Of a DNA stretch of 64,000 nt, positions 18,418 to 28,494 are shown in pieces (positions within the stretch are counted from its first letter, which is position 1; every line of letters begins with the position of its first letter). The position numbers were made by a program, and so were the translations under genes. Source of the DNA: Candidatus Nitrosopelagicus sp. (GTDB lineage: Archaea; Thermoproteota; Nitrososphaeria; Nitrososphaerales; Nitrosopumilaceae); the NCBI GenBank assembly GCA_028345575.1, contig JAOMDR010000003.1:8777-72776 (forward strand), given 5' to 3'. The notes below the pieces were generated by a model, which ran no database searches, was not told the DNA's origin, and saw only the letters and a program-made list of their open reading frames with translations.

Positions 18418-19205
18418 AATTCTGCTTCTTCTAATGCCTTTTCACACGAACATGATTTTGAAACTGGAATCTTATCAATTAATACAGTGAGAAGTTTTTT
18501 TGTTAATTCAACATTTTTTGATAGTGTTTCAATAACTTCTTTTGCAGTAACAGGTTTTTCTGCCCATACATCATAATCGGTTACTGTTGAAATTGATGCA
18601 TAACAAATTTGTGCTTCTCTTGCTAATTGACATTCAGGAACAAGTGTCATGCCTATAATCTCTGCTCCTGTACTTTTATAAAATTTTGATTCTGCTTTGG
18701 TTGAAAATCTTGGTCCTTCGATACAGACATAGGTTGCTTCCTTGTGAATTTTTAGTTCTTGTTCGCTCGCTACATCCAAAATTGCATTTTGTAATTCTGG
18801 ACAGAATGGATCTGCAACTGAAATATGTATCACTCTTCCATCTTCAGAAAATGAACCTTTTCTTGATTTTGTAAAATCTAAAAATTGTGTTGGTAATGCA
18901 AAATCGCGTGGAGCGAACTCTTCTTTTAAACTTCCCACTGCTGATGGAGCGATGATTCTTTTTACACCTAATTCTTTGAATGCCCAAATATTTGCTCTAT
19001 AATTTATCATGTGTGGCGGAACTGTATGTTTTTTTCCGTGTCTTGGTAAAAATGCAATTTTTCTTCCGTTAAACTCACCAATTGTTATTGAATCTGAAGG
19101 TTTTCCGTATGGTGTGTCTATTGAAATTTCTCTTGGTTCTTTTAATAATCCTGAATCATAAATTCCTGTACCGCCAAAAATTCCAATTTCTGCAGACTCT
19201 TCCAT
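18414..19205 (-). CDS. mtnP: S-methyl-5'-thioadenosine phosphorylase
   Basis: GGTG, TPYG.PS, RHG..H..PP, EGPRFST.AES, GMT..PE, TDYD. Confidence 0.95.
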   Translation of the reverse strand: MEESAEIGIFGGTGIYDSGLLKEPREISIDTPYGKPSDSITIGEFNGRKIAFLPRHGKKHTVPPHMINYRANIWAFKELGVKRIIAPSAVGSLKEEFAPRDFALPTQFLDFTKSRKGSFSEDGRVIHISVADPFCPELQNAILDVASEQELKIHKEATYVCIEGPRFSTKAESKFYKSTGAEIIGMTLVPECQLAREAQICYASISTVTDYDVWAEKPVTAKEVIETLSKNVELTKKLLTVLIDKIPVSKSCSCEKALEEAEF

Positions 19206-19717
19206 TAATATTCCACCAATGATTCTGATCTATATTCTTTAATCTTTTCTCGTCCTTTAAGATCAAGTAATTCTATAATGAATGCAAATCCTACCACTGT
19301 ACCATCAATTTTTTCAATTAATTTTGCAGCTGCTTTAGCAGTTCCACCTGTTGCAAGTAAATCGTCACAAATGAGAACTCGCTGTCCTTCTTGAATGACA
19401 TCTTTCTGAACTTCCAATGTCGCTTTACCATACTCTAGCGTATATGATGTCTTAACAATTTTACCAGGTAATTTTCCTGCCTTTCGTACAAGGATCATTC
19501 CTTTGTTGTATTTCAATGCCAGTGCACATGCTATAATGAATCCTCTGGATTCAATTCCTGCAAAAACATCTACGTCATTAGGATGAAATTTCTTTGAAAA
19601 TTCCTCTACCATAAATGATAGTGCTGATGGGTCACCTAAGATTGGTGAAAAATCTCTAAACAAAATTCCTTTTTTAGGAAAATTTGGATAATCTGCAATC
19701 TTATCTTTTAGATTCAT
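19205..19717 (-). CDS. apt: Adenine phosphoribosyltransferase
   Basis: [36 protein letters not shown]. Confidence 0.96.
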   Translation of the reverse strand: MNLKDKIADYPNFPKKGILFRDFSPILGDPSALSFMVEEFSKKFHPNDVDVFAGIESRGFIIACALALKYNKGMILVRKAGKLPGKIVKTSYTLEYGKATLEVQKDVIQEGQRVLICDDLLATGGTAKAAAKLIEKIDGTVVGFAFIIELLDLKGREKIKEYRSESLVEY

Positions 19718-19758
19718 AAACTTACACGAAAAATTGAGAAATAAAAACCGTTAGTTGA

Positions 19759-21882
19759 TCAATTGATGGTGAATTTTACGGATGTATTCGATGCGCCGTC
19801 ATCTGCAGTCATCTCATATTCTCCGATTTCCAAATCTGCTGGAATCTGCCATATTGTCAGGTACTCTCCATTACTTTTTGCAGTAATATTCAGCTCATCT
19901 ATTTTGACTCCATTTAGGTCAAACATCTTAATTGTAACTGTTGCAGACAATCTTGCTCCTGAACCTGAAATGTCCATTAATTCATTTGTACTATAATTAT
20001 TCTTATCTGTGAATATTACTAATTCTTTATTTTCTCCAGAAACTGAAAATTCAACATTTTTAAAATTTCCGCCACTCTTTGCATTAACTGTCCAAGTTCC
20101 TAACTCTCCATCTAATGGGATTCTAAAATTATCTACTTTGAATACTCCAAATCTATCTGAGAATGTTTCAATTTTTTTAATTACTTTTCCATCTGGATCA
20201 CTAATTGTAATATCTAATAATATATTGATTGCACCGGTATTACCGAGAATCAAAATCTGCTCTCCTTGTTTATATTCGTCTCTGGTTGTCTGAATTGAAA
20301 TTGCACCTGAACCTGTGGATAATCCTATAGTAAATACTGTTGAACCTGTACTCTCACCTCTTTTTGCATTTAATGTATATGCGCCTGTAGGTAATTCCCC
20401 TGATTTAATTTTGTACATTTCTTTTCCATCAGGTCCTAAATTCAATGTGTCTGAAAATTTTTCTCTATCTGCTGCATCAATCAAAATAATTGCAACTTGT
20501 GCATTAGCTGGACCTTGAATTTCAATATTGATTTCTTCCACTCCTGAAAAATTCAACTTTATCGGTCTAACAATTAAAATTGGTTCTGGTTCTTGACCAA
20601 CACCAAATACTGCAACGCCTGATTCATCTCCTTGGAATGCTGATATGATGTAAGTACCTTCAACTGAACCTCTTGGTATTTCTACATTAAAATTAACAAT
20701 TCCTGATTCTGAAACAGATACAGTTCTAGAAAAAATTTCTGTACCTATCGAATCTTCAATAATTACTGACATTTCTTGATTTGGAATTGCACTACCTTCA
20801 AAGACAACAATGTCACCTGCTTCAATACTTGTTTCTGTACTTGCTAGATTGATTAGTTTTGCACTAATCACTTCGATATTCCTTAATGCCTTACTTTTAC
20901 CATCATCGATCTCAATGGAAATTATTCCTAAATCTAAGTCTGGAGCAAACAAATTATCATAAGTCCATTTCCCATCAAATCTTACTTGAATGGTGTCTAT
21001 GGCAAGAATATCCCCATTCGTATCTTTTGATGTAATTGTCAATGTTGTATTTGGCGTTGACATTCCTTCAAGTGTAATTACATCCCCACGTTTTACTTCT
21101 TGTGGTGTATTGCCAAGTGATAATTTTATGACATCTGCAATCTCTCTGTTTTCCAATTGTGGAATTCTAATACTGAGACTTTTTTCATTTCCACCAGAAT
21201 CTCGTAAAATAAATTCCGTCCTTTCATCATTTAGAATAACTGGTACTTTTGCAGTGAATAATATTTTTCCGTCTTCATCAACTTTAATTGATTTTTGTAA
21301 TTTATCTGAAATATAGAAATCAAGTGTTTGATTTGGAACAAACTCTTCCCCTACCACTCTAAAGTCAGAATTTGATGCTGGTTTTTCTGGAATGAATCTG
21401 AAGTTTGAGTTTTCTTTTATTGTAACAATTTTTGGTTGATTTAATTCAGGTTTATCTTGAGATATTCCTGAATTTGTAATTGTTGTACTTGCAGAACTAA
21501 TTATTTCACCGCTTGAATCTAATGCCTTCCAATTTATCACTGGATTATTTTCTACAGTTTTAATTCCAAATTTGACAGATTGACCAGGAGATATCTCATT
21601 TTGAGATGTGAAAATAATCACTCCTTGAGGTGTATTTTTGCCCATCCATCCTTCTTCAGTTTTGAAAGATTTGAATTCATTATCTCCACTTAACCAAATC
21701 CTTACTGTATCGATATCTGCAGTATTCCCTCTACTATTTTTTAATTCAAGTATAGTTGAATGTTCAAAACCTGTACTTGTGGCAATGACTTCATCCGCAA
21801 AACTAGTCTCAAAATTTGATACAAAAATAATTGATGAAATCAATAACAACGAAAAAACTAAAATTGAATATGACTTCATCAT
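19759..21882 (-). CDS. Large secreted / cell-surface beta-sandwich repeat protein
   Basis: Signal peptide; repeated Ig-like/MG2-like units (TD...Y..G..I.I.G, G.Y...A). Confidence 0.8.
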   Translation of the reverse strand: MMKSYSILVFSLLLISSIIFVSNFETSFADEVIATSTGFEHSTILELKNSRGNTADIDTVRIWLSGDNEFKSFKTEEGWMGKNTPQGVIIFTSQNEISPGQSVKFGIKTVENNPVINWKALDSSGEIISSASTTITNSGISQDKPELNQPKIVTIKENSNFRFIPEKPASNSDFRVVGEEFVPNQTLDFYISDKLQKSIKVDEDGKILFTAKVPVILNDERTEFILRDSGGNEKSLSIRIPQLENREIADVIKLSLGNTPQEVKRGDVITLEGMSTPNTTLTITSKDTNGDILAIDTIQVRFDGKWTYDNLFAPDLDLGIISIEIDDGKSKALRNIEVISAKLINLASTETSIEAGDIVVFEGSAIPNQEMSVIIEDSIGTEIFSRTVSVSESGIVNFNVEIPRGSVEGTYIISAFQGDESGVAVFGVGQEPEPILIVRPIKLNFSGVEEINIEIQGPANAQVAIILIDAADREKFSDTLNLGPDGKEMYKIKSGELPTGAYTLNAKRGESTGSTVFTIGLSTGSGAISIQTTRDEYKQGEQILILGNTGAINILLDITISDPDGKVIKKIETFSDRFGVFKVDNFRIPLDGELGTWTVNAKSGGNFKNVEFSVSGENKELVIFTDKNNYSTNELMDISGSGARLSATVTIKMFDLNGVKIDELNITAKSNGEYLTIWQIPADLEIGEYEMTADDGASNTSVKFTIN

Positions 21883-21941
21883 AGTGATGTTCTATTATCT
21901 ACAATTAAATCTTAATGAGAATTGATTCATCAAATTCCGTA

Positions 21942-22946
21942 TTATGCAATCTGGGTAGCTTTTAATTCATATGGATTTTCTGACCACCATTTTGTATACA
22001 ATTGGTCAATCTCTTTCATATCTGAATTATTCAGATATTTTCCATCTGCCATATCTGAAAATGTCTGAATCTCTTCTTCACTAATTACTGTTGGAAAAAC
22101 TGAAGAAATCCCTTGTTTTGATAAGATGAATTTAATTGCTAATTCTTTAATGGTCAATCCATTTCTATCGGCAATTGGTCTTAATTCTTCAACTTTTTTC
22201 AATGAAGCCTTAATCCATTCGCCTTTTCTCACAGAACGATGATCTTTTTCATCAATCTTTGTATCCGCATTTACTTTTCCGGTTAAAATCCCTGATGCAT
22301 CTGGAACTCTAACTAGAATTCCTACATCATTTTCTATACCTGAATTTAATAATTCGTTTCCGGGTGTTTGTTCTAAAATATTAAAGACAGTTTGAACTGC
22401 AGTCACATTTTTTCTTTTCATCGATTCTAATCCTTCTTTTGTCCATCCTATTGCAGGTCCTAAGGCAATCTGATATGTTCTTATTTTTTCTTCTTCAATC
22501 ATACTATCCAATGTATTAAAAATAGAATTATCCTTAATGTGATGCATTTTTGGATTATGTAATCCATACATGTCGACATAATCTGTTTTCAATCTATCCA
22601 AACTATTGTTCAATGCTTTACGTGTAAACTCTTCATCAAATTGTTGTGGTAATTCTGTATGTCCAATTTGTTTAACTTGTTCAAAATCATAACCATATTT
22701 TGTTGAAATTATGACTTCATCTCTCATATCTTTGAAAGTTTCTCCAATCAATCGTTCACTCTTACCTTTTCCGTACATGTCTCCTGTTTCGAAGAAATTT
22801 ATCCCACAATCATATGCTTTTTTTAACATTCTTTTAGCTTCATCTTCATCAATTTCTTTTCCCCACCAATTCAATGCAATAGTCCATGCTCCAAATCCAA
22901 TCTCAGAAACTTCTATCCCGCTTTTTCCTAATTTGTTATATTTCAT
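21942..22946 (-). CDS. Aldo/keto reductase
   Basis: LG.SG..VS.IGFG.W, Y..G.SE..IG, STK.G, SL.RL.TDYVD...LH. Confidence 0.92.
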   Translation of the reverse strand: MKYNKLGKSGIEVSEIGFGAWTIALNWWGKEIDEDEAKRMLKKAYDCGINFFETGDMYGKGKSERLIGETFKDMRDEVIISTKYGYDFEQVKQIGHTELPQQFDEEFTRKALNNSLDRLKTDYVDMYGLHNPKMHHIKDNSIFNTLDSMIEEEKIRTYQIALGPAIGWTKEGLESMKRKNVTAVQTVFNILEQTPGNELLNSGIENDVGILVRVPDASGILTGKVNADTKIDEKDHRSVRKGEWIKASLKKVEELRPIADRNGLTIKELAIKFILSKQGISSVFPTVISEEEIQTFSDMADGKYLNNSDMKEIDQLYTKWWSENPYELKATQIA

Positions 22947-23491
22947 TTAACAATCTCCTTGAATTTTTGTAATTTTGCATCAATTTCATTATCTTTCAAA
23001 GCCGATTCACCTTCTTGAAAATTAGAATTTAATTCTATCCAAGATTTGCATCCTGAAAATTCTGATTTTAACGGTAAATTGAATTCTGGAATTTTTATTG
23101 TTTTTAAGAATACTGCTTTCATTGGTTTTTCTGGTTTCCAATTTCTTCTTTCTTGAATGTATGAATCGCTCCAAACATGAAATGATGATAATTCATTAAT
23201 TACATCATTAGATACTATATCTTTTTCAAACAAAACTTCTGCATATGACGAAATTTTGTTAAATCCTTCATCTGGTTTTTTGTTTAATACTTGATTTAAG
23301 AAATCATGAAACTCAGGTTTCACATGTTTTGTCTCTTGATGTTCCCATGTTGGAAATAAAAAAAATTTTTTAGATTCAACATTAAATCCAGATGCTGTTT
23401 CTAAAATTCCACCTTTTCTCAAAATTACAGTTTGTTTTCCTTGTTCTAGAGCTTTTACAACTGTAGCCCATTCTTTTAATCCCTCCATCAT
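22943..23491 (-). CDS. DUF1802-family protein
   Basis: LKEWA....AL..G.Q...LRKGGI.E, LFPT.EHQ, GCKSWI. Confidence 0.88.
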   Translation of the reverse strand: MMEGLKEWATVVKALEQGKQTVILRKGGILETASGFNVESKKFFLFPTWEHQETKHVKPEFHDFLNQVLNKKPDEGFNKISSYAEVLFEKDIVSNDVINELSSFHVWSDSYIQERRNWKPEKPMKAVFLKTIKIPEFNLPLKSEFSGCKSWIELNSNFQEGESALKDNEIDAKLQKFKEIVK

Positions 23492-24162
23492 CCAAGACTC
23501 GTAATTATAGGAACTATATCTTTTTTCACACAGACTATCATTGGTGTGTCTTCTTTGACAAATGCTGAAACCTTGGTACCTCTAAGTTCCATAATCATAT
23601 CTTGGAAAATATTTAGATCATCTGATTCAAATGCTAACATGAAATCTTGGTCATGTATGCCGAAGGAATATGTTGTGTTCAGTTCTACTTGTGGATACTT
23701 TTGACTAACTTTGATGTGTTCATCCATCATCATCTTTCGTTGTTCAAGAGGAAGAAGATACCATTCTCTTGTTTTCAAAAAAGGATAAACAACTGCATAT
23801 TTTTTTGCCTCTAACCCTCCTACAAATGAATGAATTCTATCTGTTTGTGCATATATTGATGGACGTGTTGATGAAAAATATACTATAGATGGTATAATGT
23901 ATTTCCCAACAACTGTCAGATATATTTTTGAAATTGTTTCTTGAATGTCCTCTATTGATTCAGACATGAACCAAATTAAAAAATCAGCATCATCTCTTAA
24001 TCCTAATGTAGAATAAGTTCTAGTTTTCACTGGAGCATTTTCTAAAATATTTTCTAACTCTTTTGCTGATTCTTCTTTTGCTAAATCTGCCATCCATCTC
24101 CATTTTGGATCTATTTTGAAAAATGAGAAATTAAAATAATATCTTTTATTTTCCTCAGACAT
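23488..24162 (-). CDS. Chlorite dismutase / coproheme decarboxylase (Cld/ChdC) family protein
   Basis: GLR.DAD...W, YPF.K..EWY.LP...R..MM.EH, TYSFG..DQDF. Confidence 0.88.
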   Translation of the reverse strand: MSEENKRYYFNFSFFKIDPKWRWMADLAKEESAKELENILENAPVKTRTYSTLGLRDDADFLIWFMSESIEDIQETISKIYLTVVGKYIIPSIVYFSSTRPSIYAQTDRIHSFVGGLEAKKYAVVYPFLKTREWYLLPLEQRKMMMDEHIKVSQKYPQVELNTTYSFGIHDQDFMLAFESDDLNIFQDMIMELRGTKVSAFVKEDTPMIVCVKKDIVPIITSLG

Positions 24163-24204
24163 GTTCACTCATTTGTTGCCTAATATTTAAAATAATTTCT
24201 AACT

Positions 24205-24978
24205 CTATTGTTTGGCTTCTTCTAAAACCCAATCATAACCACGTTTTTCAAGTTCTTGTGCAAGAGATGCATCTCCACTTTTTAAAACTCTACCATCTGC
24301 AAATACATGAACGTGATCCAATCTATCTAAGAAATTTAGAATTCTTGCATAATGTGTAATTACAATTGTTGTTGAATCTTTATCTGATACTTGACTAATT
24401 GCTTTTGCAACTGATTGTACTGCGTCAATATCTAATCCAGAATCTGGTTCATCTAAAATTGAAATTTTTGGTTTTAAAACTGCCATTTGTAATACTTCTG
24501 CACGTTTTTTCTCTCCACCTGAAAAACCTTCATTCAAATATCTTGAAAGAAATTCTTCTTTTAATCCCACAGAATTGATATTTTCTTTAAGATAGTTTTG
24601 AAATTCTCTTACTGTAATGAATACTTCTCTATCTTCTCCTTTCATTGCTTTACTGAGCGCATTGTAAGATGTTCTAAGAAAATGTGAGAAACCTACTCCT
24701 GAAACTTCTGTTGGATATTGAAATCCTAAAAATAATCCTTTTTTTGCTCTTTCATCAGCTGTTAATTCTAGAATACTTTCGCCATCTAGAAGTATGTCTC
24801 CTTTGGTAACCTCATATTTTGGATGTGCTAAGAGTGTGTATGATAATGTACTTTTTCCAGAACCGTTAGGACCCATAATTGCATGAACCTCTCCCGGACC
24901 TGTTTTCAAATTCACTCCTTTGAGAATTTCTTTACCTTCTCTTGTAACATGTAAATCCTTTATTTCTAATACTGCCAT
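24205..24978 (-). CDS. sufC: Fe-S cluster assembly ATPase SufC
   Basis: MGPNGSGKST, FQYP.E..GV, NEGFSGGEKKR.E, LDEPDSGLDID. Confidence 0.96.
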   Translation of the reverse strand: MAVLEIKDLHVTREGKEILKGVNLKTGPGEVHAIMGPNGSGKSTLSYTLLAHPKYEVTKGDILLDGESILELTADERAKKGLFLGFQYPTEVSGVGFSHFLRTSYNALSKAMKGEDREVFITVREFQNYLKENINSVGLKEEFLSRYLNEGFSGGEKKRAEVLQMAVLKPKISILDEPDSGLDIDAVQSVAKAISQVSDKDSTTIVITHYARILNFLDRLDHVHVFADGRVLKSGDASLAQELEKRGYDWVLEEAKQ

Positions 24979-25060
24979 TGAGTTTATTTTTTGATCTTCG
25001 TATATAATCTCGACGAATTTTAGCTAATCCTAATGTAAAATAAAGAAGAAAAGGGGGGGA

Positions 25061-26023
25061 TTATTTTTTGGCTAAAATAGGTCTTAATGTCAAAGTCATC
25101 TTATGTGTTGAAAGAATCTCTTTGACTCTATTTCTGATTGTTACTTCTGTGATGCCCGAAACTGAAGATACGTCTCTTTGAAGAACATTTTGTCCTAACA
25201 ATACTGAAGATACATACAGATATGCTGAGGCTATTCCGTTTGGAGCCTTGCCATCTGTAATATTCTTTGTTTCTGTTTTTGCAGCAATCTCTAAAGCAAG
25301 TCGCTCAACTCTTACATCTGTTTTAGTTAGATTTGCGATCTTTGAGATATATTTGTCCATGGTAACTACTGGAGTTACAACATTTCCTATCTCTAAAACA
25401 AGATTTCTGTAGTATTTTGCAGCTAACTTTGTTTTTGCTTTTACATCTTTTGGTGCACAAACATTTTTACAAATTTCATCTAATGATCTGACTATTCCGC
25501 ATTGTTTGCATGCCATATACACTACTGCGACAGTAATGCTTATGACTGATTTACCCTTAACCTCTATATTTTTTCCATCTAGGCTACGATAAATCATGGA
25601 TGCTGTCTCAACCACGTTTTTTGGAAGATTACAACTAACACAAGTTTCAGAAATTTTTCCTAAAACGTTAGTCAATCGTCTCTCACGTGGAGATGTAACA
25701 CGAACTCTTTGTTGCCATTTTCTTAGATTTTGCATTTGATTGGAAACTGTACTTGAGAGTTTTTTACCACTGAAATCTGTGGATGAAATTGAGATGTCGG
25801 TAGCAATTCCCATATCATGTTGTGCAAGTGTTGTTTGTCCAGTTGCTCTTGCCAATCTCATCTTATCTTCAAGATTGGATGTTTTTGTTTCTGGACCCAT
25901 ATCAGCCATTTGTTCATCAACGACAATGCCGCATCCGGAACAAATTCTCTCACCATTATGAATGTCATCTACTACTGGAGATTTACATTCATTACAGCAA
26001 GATTGTATTTCTACTGTACTCAT
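25061..26023 (-). CDS. tfb: Transcription initiation factor TFB (TFIIB paralogue)
   Basis: N-terminal Zn ribbon C..C...C..CG, LRKWQ.R, two cyclin repeats, TEVTIRNR. Confidence 0.95.
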   Translation of the reverse strand: MSTVEIQSCCNECKSPVVDDIHNGERICSGCGIVVDEQMADMGPETKTSNLEDKMRLARATGQTTLAQHDMGIATDISISSTDFSGKKLSSTVSNQMQNLRKWQQRVRVTSPRERRLTNVLGKISETCVSCNLPKNVVETASMIYRSLDGKNIEVKGKSVISITVAVVYMACKQCGIVRSLDEICKNVCAPKDVKAKTKLAAKYYRNLVLEIGNVVTPVVTMDKYISKIANLTKTDVRVERLALEIAAKTETKNITDGKAPNGIASAYLYVSSVLLGQNVLQRDVSSVSGITEVTIRNRVKEILSTHKMTLTLRPILAKK

Positions 26024-26283
26024 CTATATTTTCTCCTGCTTTTTTTCTTTGCAGGAGCTTGATCAAGGGCAAAAACTTTTTTTCCATTAATTTTTTTCAA
26101 GTTATTTGTTAATGGTATGGCTGACGCAAAGGGACTTGATACTGGTCCAATTAACTCTGTAACTTTTGCAATTTTTTGATTATTGCTATCACAAAGAATT
26201 TGACCTTCAGGTACCTCTGAGTTGAGTCGTACAATGACTCTGCCACTATTGGCTAAGTGCATAACTTCACCTACCTCCTGCAA
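26020..26283 (-). CDS. gar1: H/ACA RNP subunit Gar1/Naf1
   Basis: G.V.H...SG..I, I.KV.E.IGPV..PF. Confidence 0.88.
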   Translation of the reverse strand: MQEVGEVMHLANSGRVIVRLNSEVPEGQILCDSNNQKIAKVTELIGPVSSPFASAIPLTNNLKKINGKKVFALDQAPAKKKSRRKYR

Positions 26284-26353
26284 TTACAATTCATACGTTT
26301 TGATAGTTTTCATTGAGTTCTGTCAACAAAACTTTAGTTTGTAGCTATTTTCG

Positions 26354-26656
26354 TTACTTCTTTGATTGTTTTGCTCGTTTGGAAACCAGTTTTTGAGAAA
26401 TTTTTTCAAGTATTGTTGTCTTTTTTTCTGTTTTTGGCAGAACAATGTAACCTGACCTAACGTATGGTCTTTTTGGAAATCTTACTTGTTCTTCAGTTTC
26501 ATTTGGTTGTAAACCTGCAGCATTTGATGCATCAATTAATTCTTTTAATGATGGGTCAAAAACACATTTTTCTTTTGATAATCTTCTGCCTTTGTTACGT
26601 GGTAATGTCTTGTTAAAATAATCAAGCCAGATTACGACATGTTCGTAATCTTTCAT
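26354..26656 (-). CDS. srp19: Signal recognition particle protein SRP19
   Basis: VIW..YF....R..GRR.......PSL.EL..A, P.R....G. Confidence 0.92.
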   Translation of the reverse strand: MKDYEHVVIWLDYFNKTLPRNKGRRLSKEKCVFDPSLKELIDASNAAGLQPNETEEQVRFPKRPYVRSGYIVLPKTEKKTTILEKISQKLVSKRAKQSKK

Positions 26657-26660
26657 ATCT

Positions 26661-27044
26661 CTACTTTACTAAAATTCCACTAACGGTTCCGCTCTGACCT
26701 GGTCTTGATACAATCCTACATTTTCCATCTTCTGTCTCAACAATTGCACCTTTTGTAATAATTCCACGTCTTTGGTAATCGTTGTTTGTTTGATTTTCTA
26801 AAACTTTGATAATCTTTGATTTCTTTACTTTAGAATCTCCCATTACTAAATTCACAAAACTTGCAATCTTCAAACCTGTTTTTCTATTATTCCCTCTAGT
26901 CTTTCTTGTTACAGTTTGTTGTTCTTCGCCCATTTCAGCTTCGTTTGGGTATCTGTCAGTTTCAAATTTTTGTCTAGTTTTTAATGGGTGTCTAAGACCT
27001 CCAGTGATTTTACTAGTCTTAAGATTCTCTACAGATTTCTTCAT
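26661..27044 (-). CDS. rps8e: 30S ribosomal protein S8e
   Basis: K.TGG, TRG.N.K, R.IITKGAIVET..G...I.SRPGQ.G. Confidence 0.95.
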   Translation of the reverse strand: MKKSVENLKTSKITGGLRHPLKTRQKFETDRYPNEAEMGEEQQTVTRKTRGNNRKTGLKIASFVNLVMGDSKVKKSKIIKVLENQTNNDYQRRGIITKGAIVETEDGKCRIVSRPGQSGTVSGILVK

Positions 27045-27110
27045 GGAATGTTTTTGAATTACTCTAATTTATACAAAACGCAAGAATTGAGAATTTTTAC
27101 GTGTATTATT

Positions 27111-27665
27111 CTAGTTGACCGTACTCGGCATGGTATTTCTTGTACGTACTTTTTTGAATAATTTTTGTCTCAACGTATCATCATCCCCTTGAATTCCAAA
27201 ATATTTCTTAAATTTCTCAGTTGTTGTAAAAATTTTGTATCTTCCAACAGTCTGATGTTCTATGAAATCAAGTTGTGTTAGTTCTTTCAAATGTGAGTAA
27301 ACTCCTGTACCTCTGACTTCTACTAGCTGTTTACTGGAAATTGGTTGTTCGTATGCAATGTAAGATAATGTTTTTTGAGTTGCTCTGGCTAACATTGGTC
27401 TCGATGCATATTTTCTTCCAATCGTTGAACTGTATTCTGGTTTCAGTTGGAAGACATATGAGCCATCTGGCAAATTTGTAATCTCAATTGCTTTGAAGGA
27501 TGATTTTGTTTTTTGGATTAGTTTTGTAAGTAAATTCAGTGTTTTTACCCTTGATTCTGTTCCTGATGCTCTAATAATATCTTCTATACTTAGAGGTCTT
27601 CCTGCAGAATATAGCGCAGCTTCTATTCGTGCAGTTGCTTCATTGTCATTATCAACCTTGACCAT
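27111..27665 (-). CDS. scpB: SMC-Scp complex subunit ScpB
   Basis: IEAALYS, TLSYIAYEQPI......VRG, TT.KF..YFG. Confidence 0.93.
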   Translation of the reverse strand: MVKVDNDNEATARIEAALYSAGRPLSIEDIIRASGTESRVKTLNLLTKLIQKTKSSFKAIEITNLPDGSYVFQLKPEYSSTIGRKYASRPMLARATQKTLSYIAYEQPISSKQLVEVRGTGVYSHLKELTQLDFIEHQTVGRYKIFTTTEKFKKYFGIQGDDDTLRQKLFKKVRTRNTMPSTVN

Positions 27666-27731
27666 GATTACCTCTCTCTTGAAATTGACTTAAAATCATC
27701 CTTTTCATATCGTTGATCAAATTGTAAATTA

Positions 27732-28463
27732 TTATTTGATTAGGGTGACCCTAATCTCTTCTTCTCCTTCTTCTTGCAGAATGTCTATTTTTTCATCTCT
27801 TGCCAAAAATAAGATTGCAAAAAAGCATCTAATGGAATCTGTTGTATCTAATTCTTCCACAATTTTTTCAAGTAAAAGTGAGCCATTTGCTTGAAGTTTT
27901 CTTAATACTAAGTCTTGGTATTCTCCTATAATATTCTCAAGATTATTGAAAATCTTCTTAAAATCTGGTGGTTCAATTGGTTCAAATCTTAATTTATTGC
28001 CTTTTCGTTCTCTTGGATTTGCAATTGTTCCAATTAGGTTTTCAAGCAAATCCAATAATTCATCTAAACTAACAGGATAAGTTGATTCATGTCTATATGG
28101 AAACTCAAGAATATCTATATCTACGTCAGTTCTTTGACGTAGTGGTTTTTTCTCCATGGCTGCTTTTTGTAATGCGAAGATACTCTCAACTTTTAATTTG
28201 TAAATTAAAGATGATGACAATGCCGCCATTCCTGCTACTCTAAGATCTTTTTTGTCTGTTTTTTCTAGAATTTTTAATAACATTGATAAAATCTGAATAA
28301 GATCTATGTCCCAAACGTCTCTTTTTTGAATTCCTTCTGGATTAAATAATACGTTAATTGGAACTTTAGAGATAAGTGATTTTGTTTCTTCCTGACTCAC
28401 AAACTCCTCACATTCTAATTGAATAATATCTATCGACTCTATTTTCTTTTCATCATCAGTCAA
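27732..28463 (-). CDS. scpA: SMC-Scp complex kleisin subunit ScpA
   Basis: DVWDIDL, DLR..G........KVE, VSLDELL, F..ILFLA; adjacent to scpB. Confidence 0.88.
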   Translation of the reverse strand: MTDDEKKIESIDIIQLECEEFVSQEETKSLISKVPINVLFNPEGIQKRDVWDIDLIQILSMLLKILEKTDKKDLRVAGMAALSSSLIYKLKVESIFALQKAAMEKKPLRQRTDVDIDILEFPYRHESTYPVSLDELLDLLENLIGTIANPRERKGNKLRFEPIEPPDFKKIFNNLENIIGEYQDLVLRKLQANGSLLLEKIVEELDTTDSIRCFFAILFLARDEKIDILQEEGEEEIRVTLIK

Positions 28464-28494
28464 CTCTTATATTATAAAATGAAAAATCCATTTT

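Noticed and set aside
19763-21925. Several 60-110 aa + strand ORFs inside the surface-protein gene (and similar antisense ORFs throughout, e.g. 33150..33704, 39625..40005, 50072..51526)
   Set aside because: Antisense shadows of well-supported genes, expected from codon bias; no motifs or promoters.
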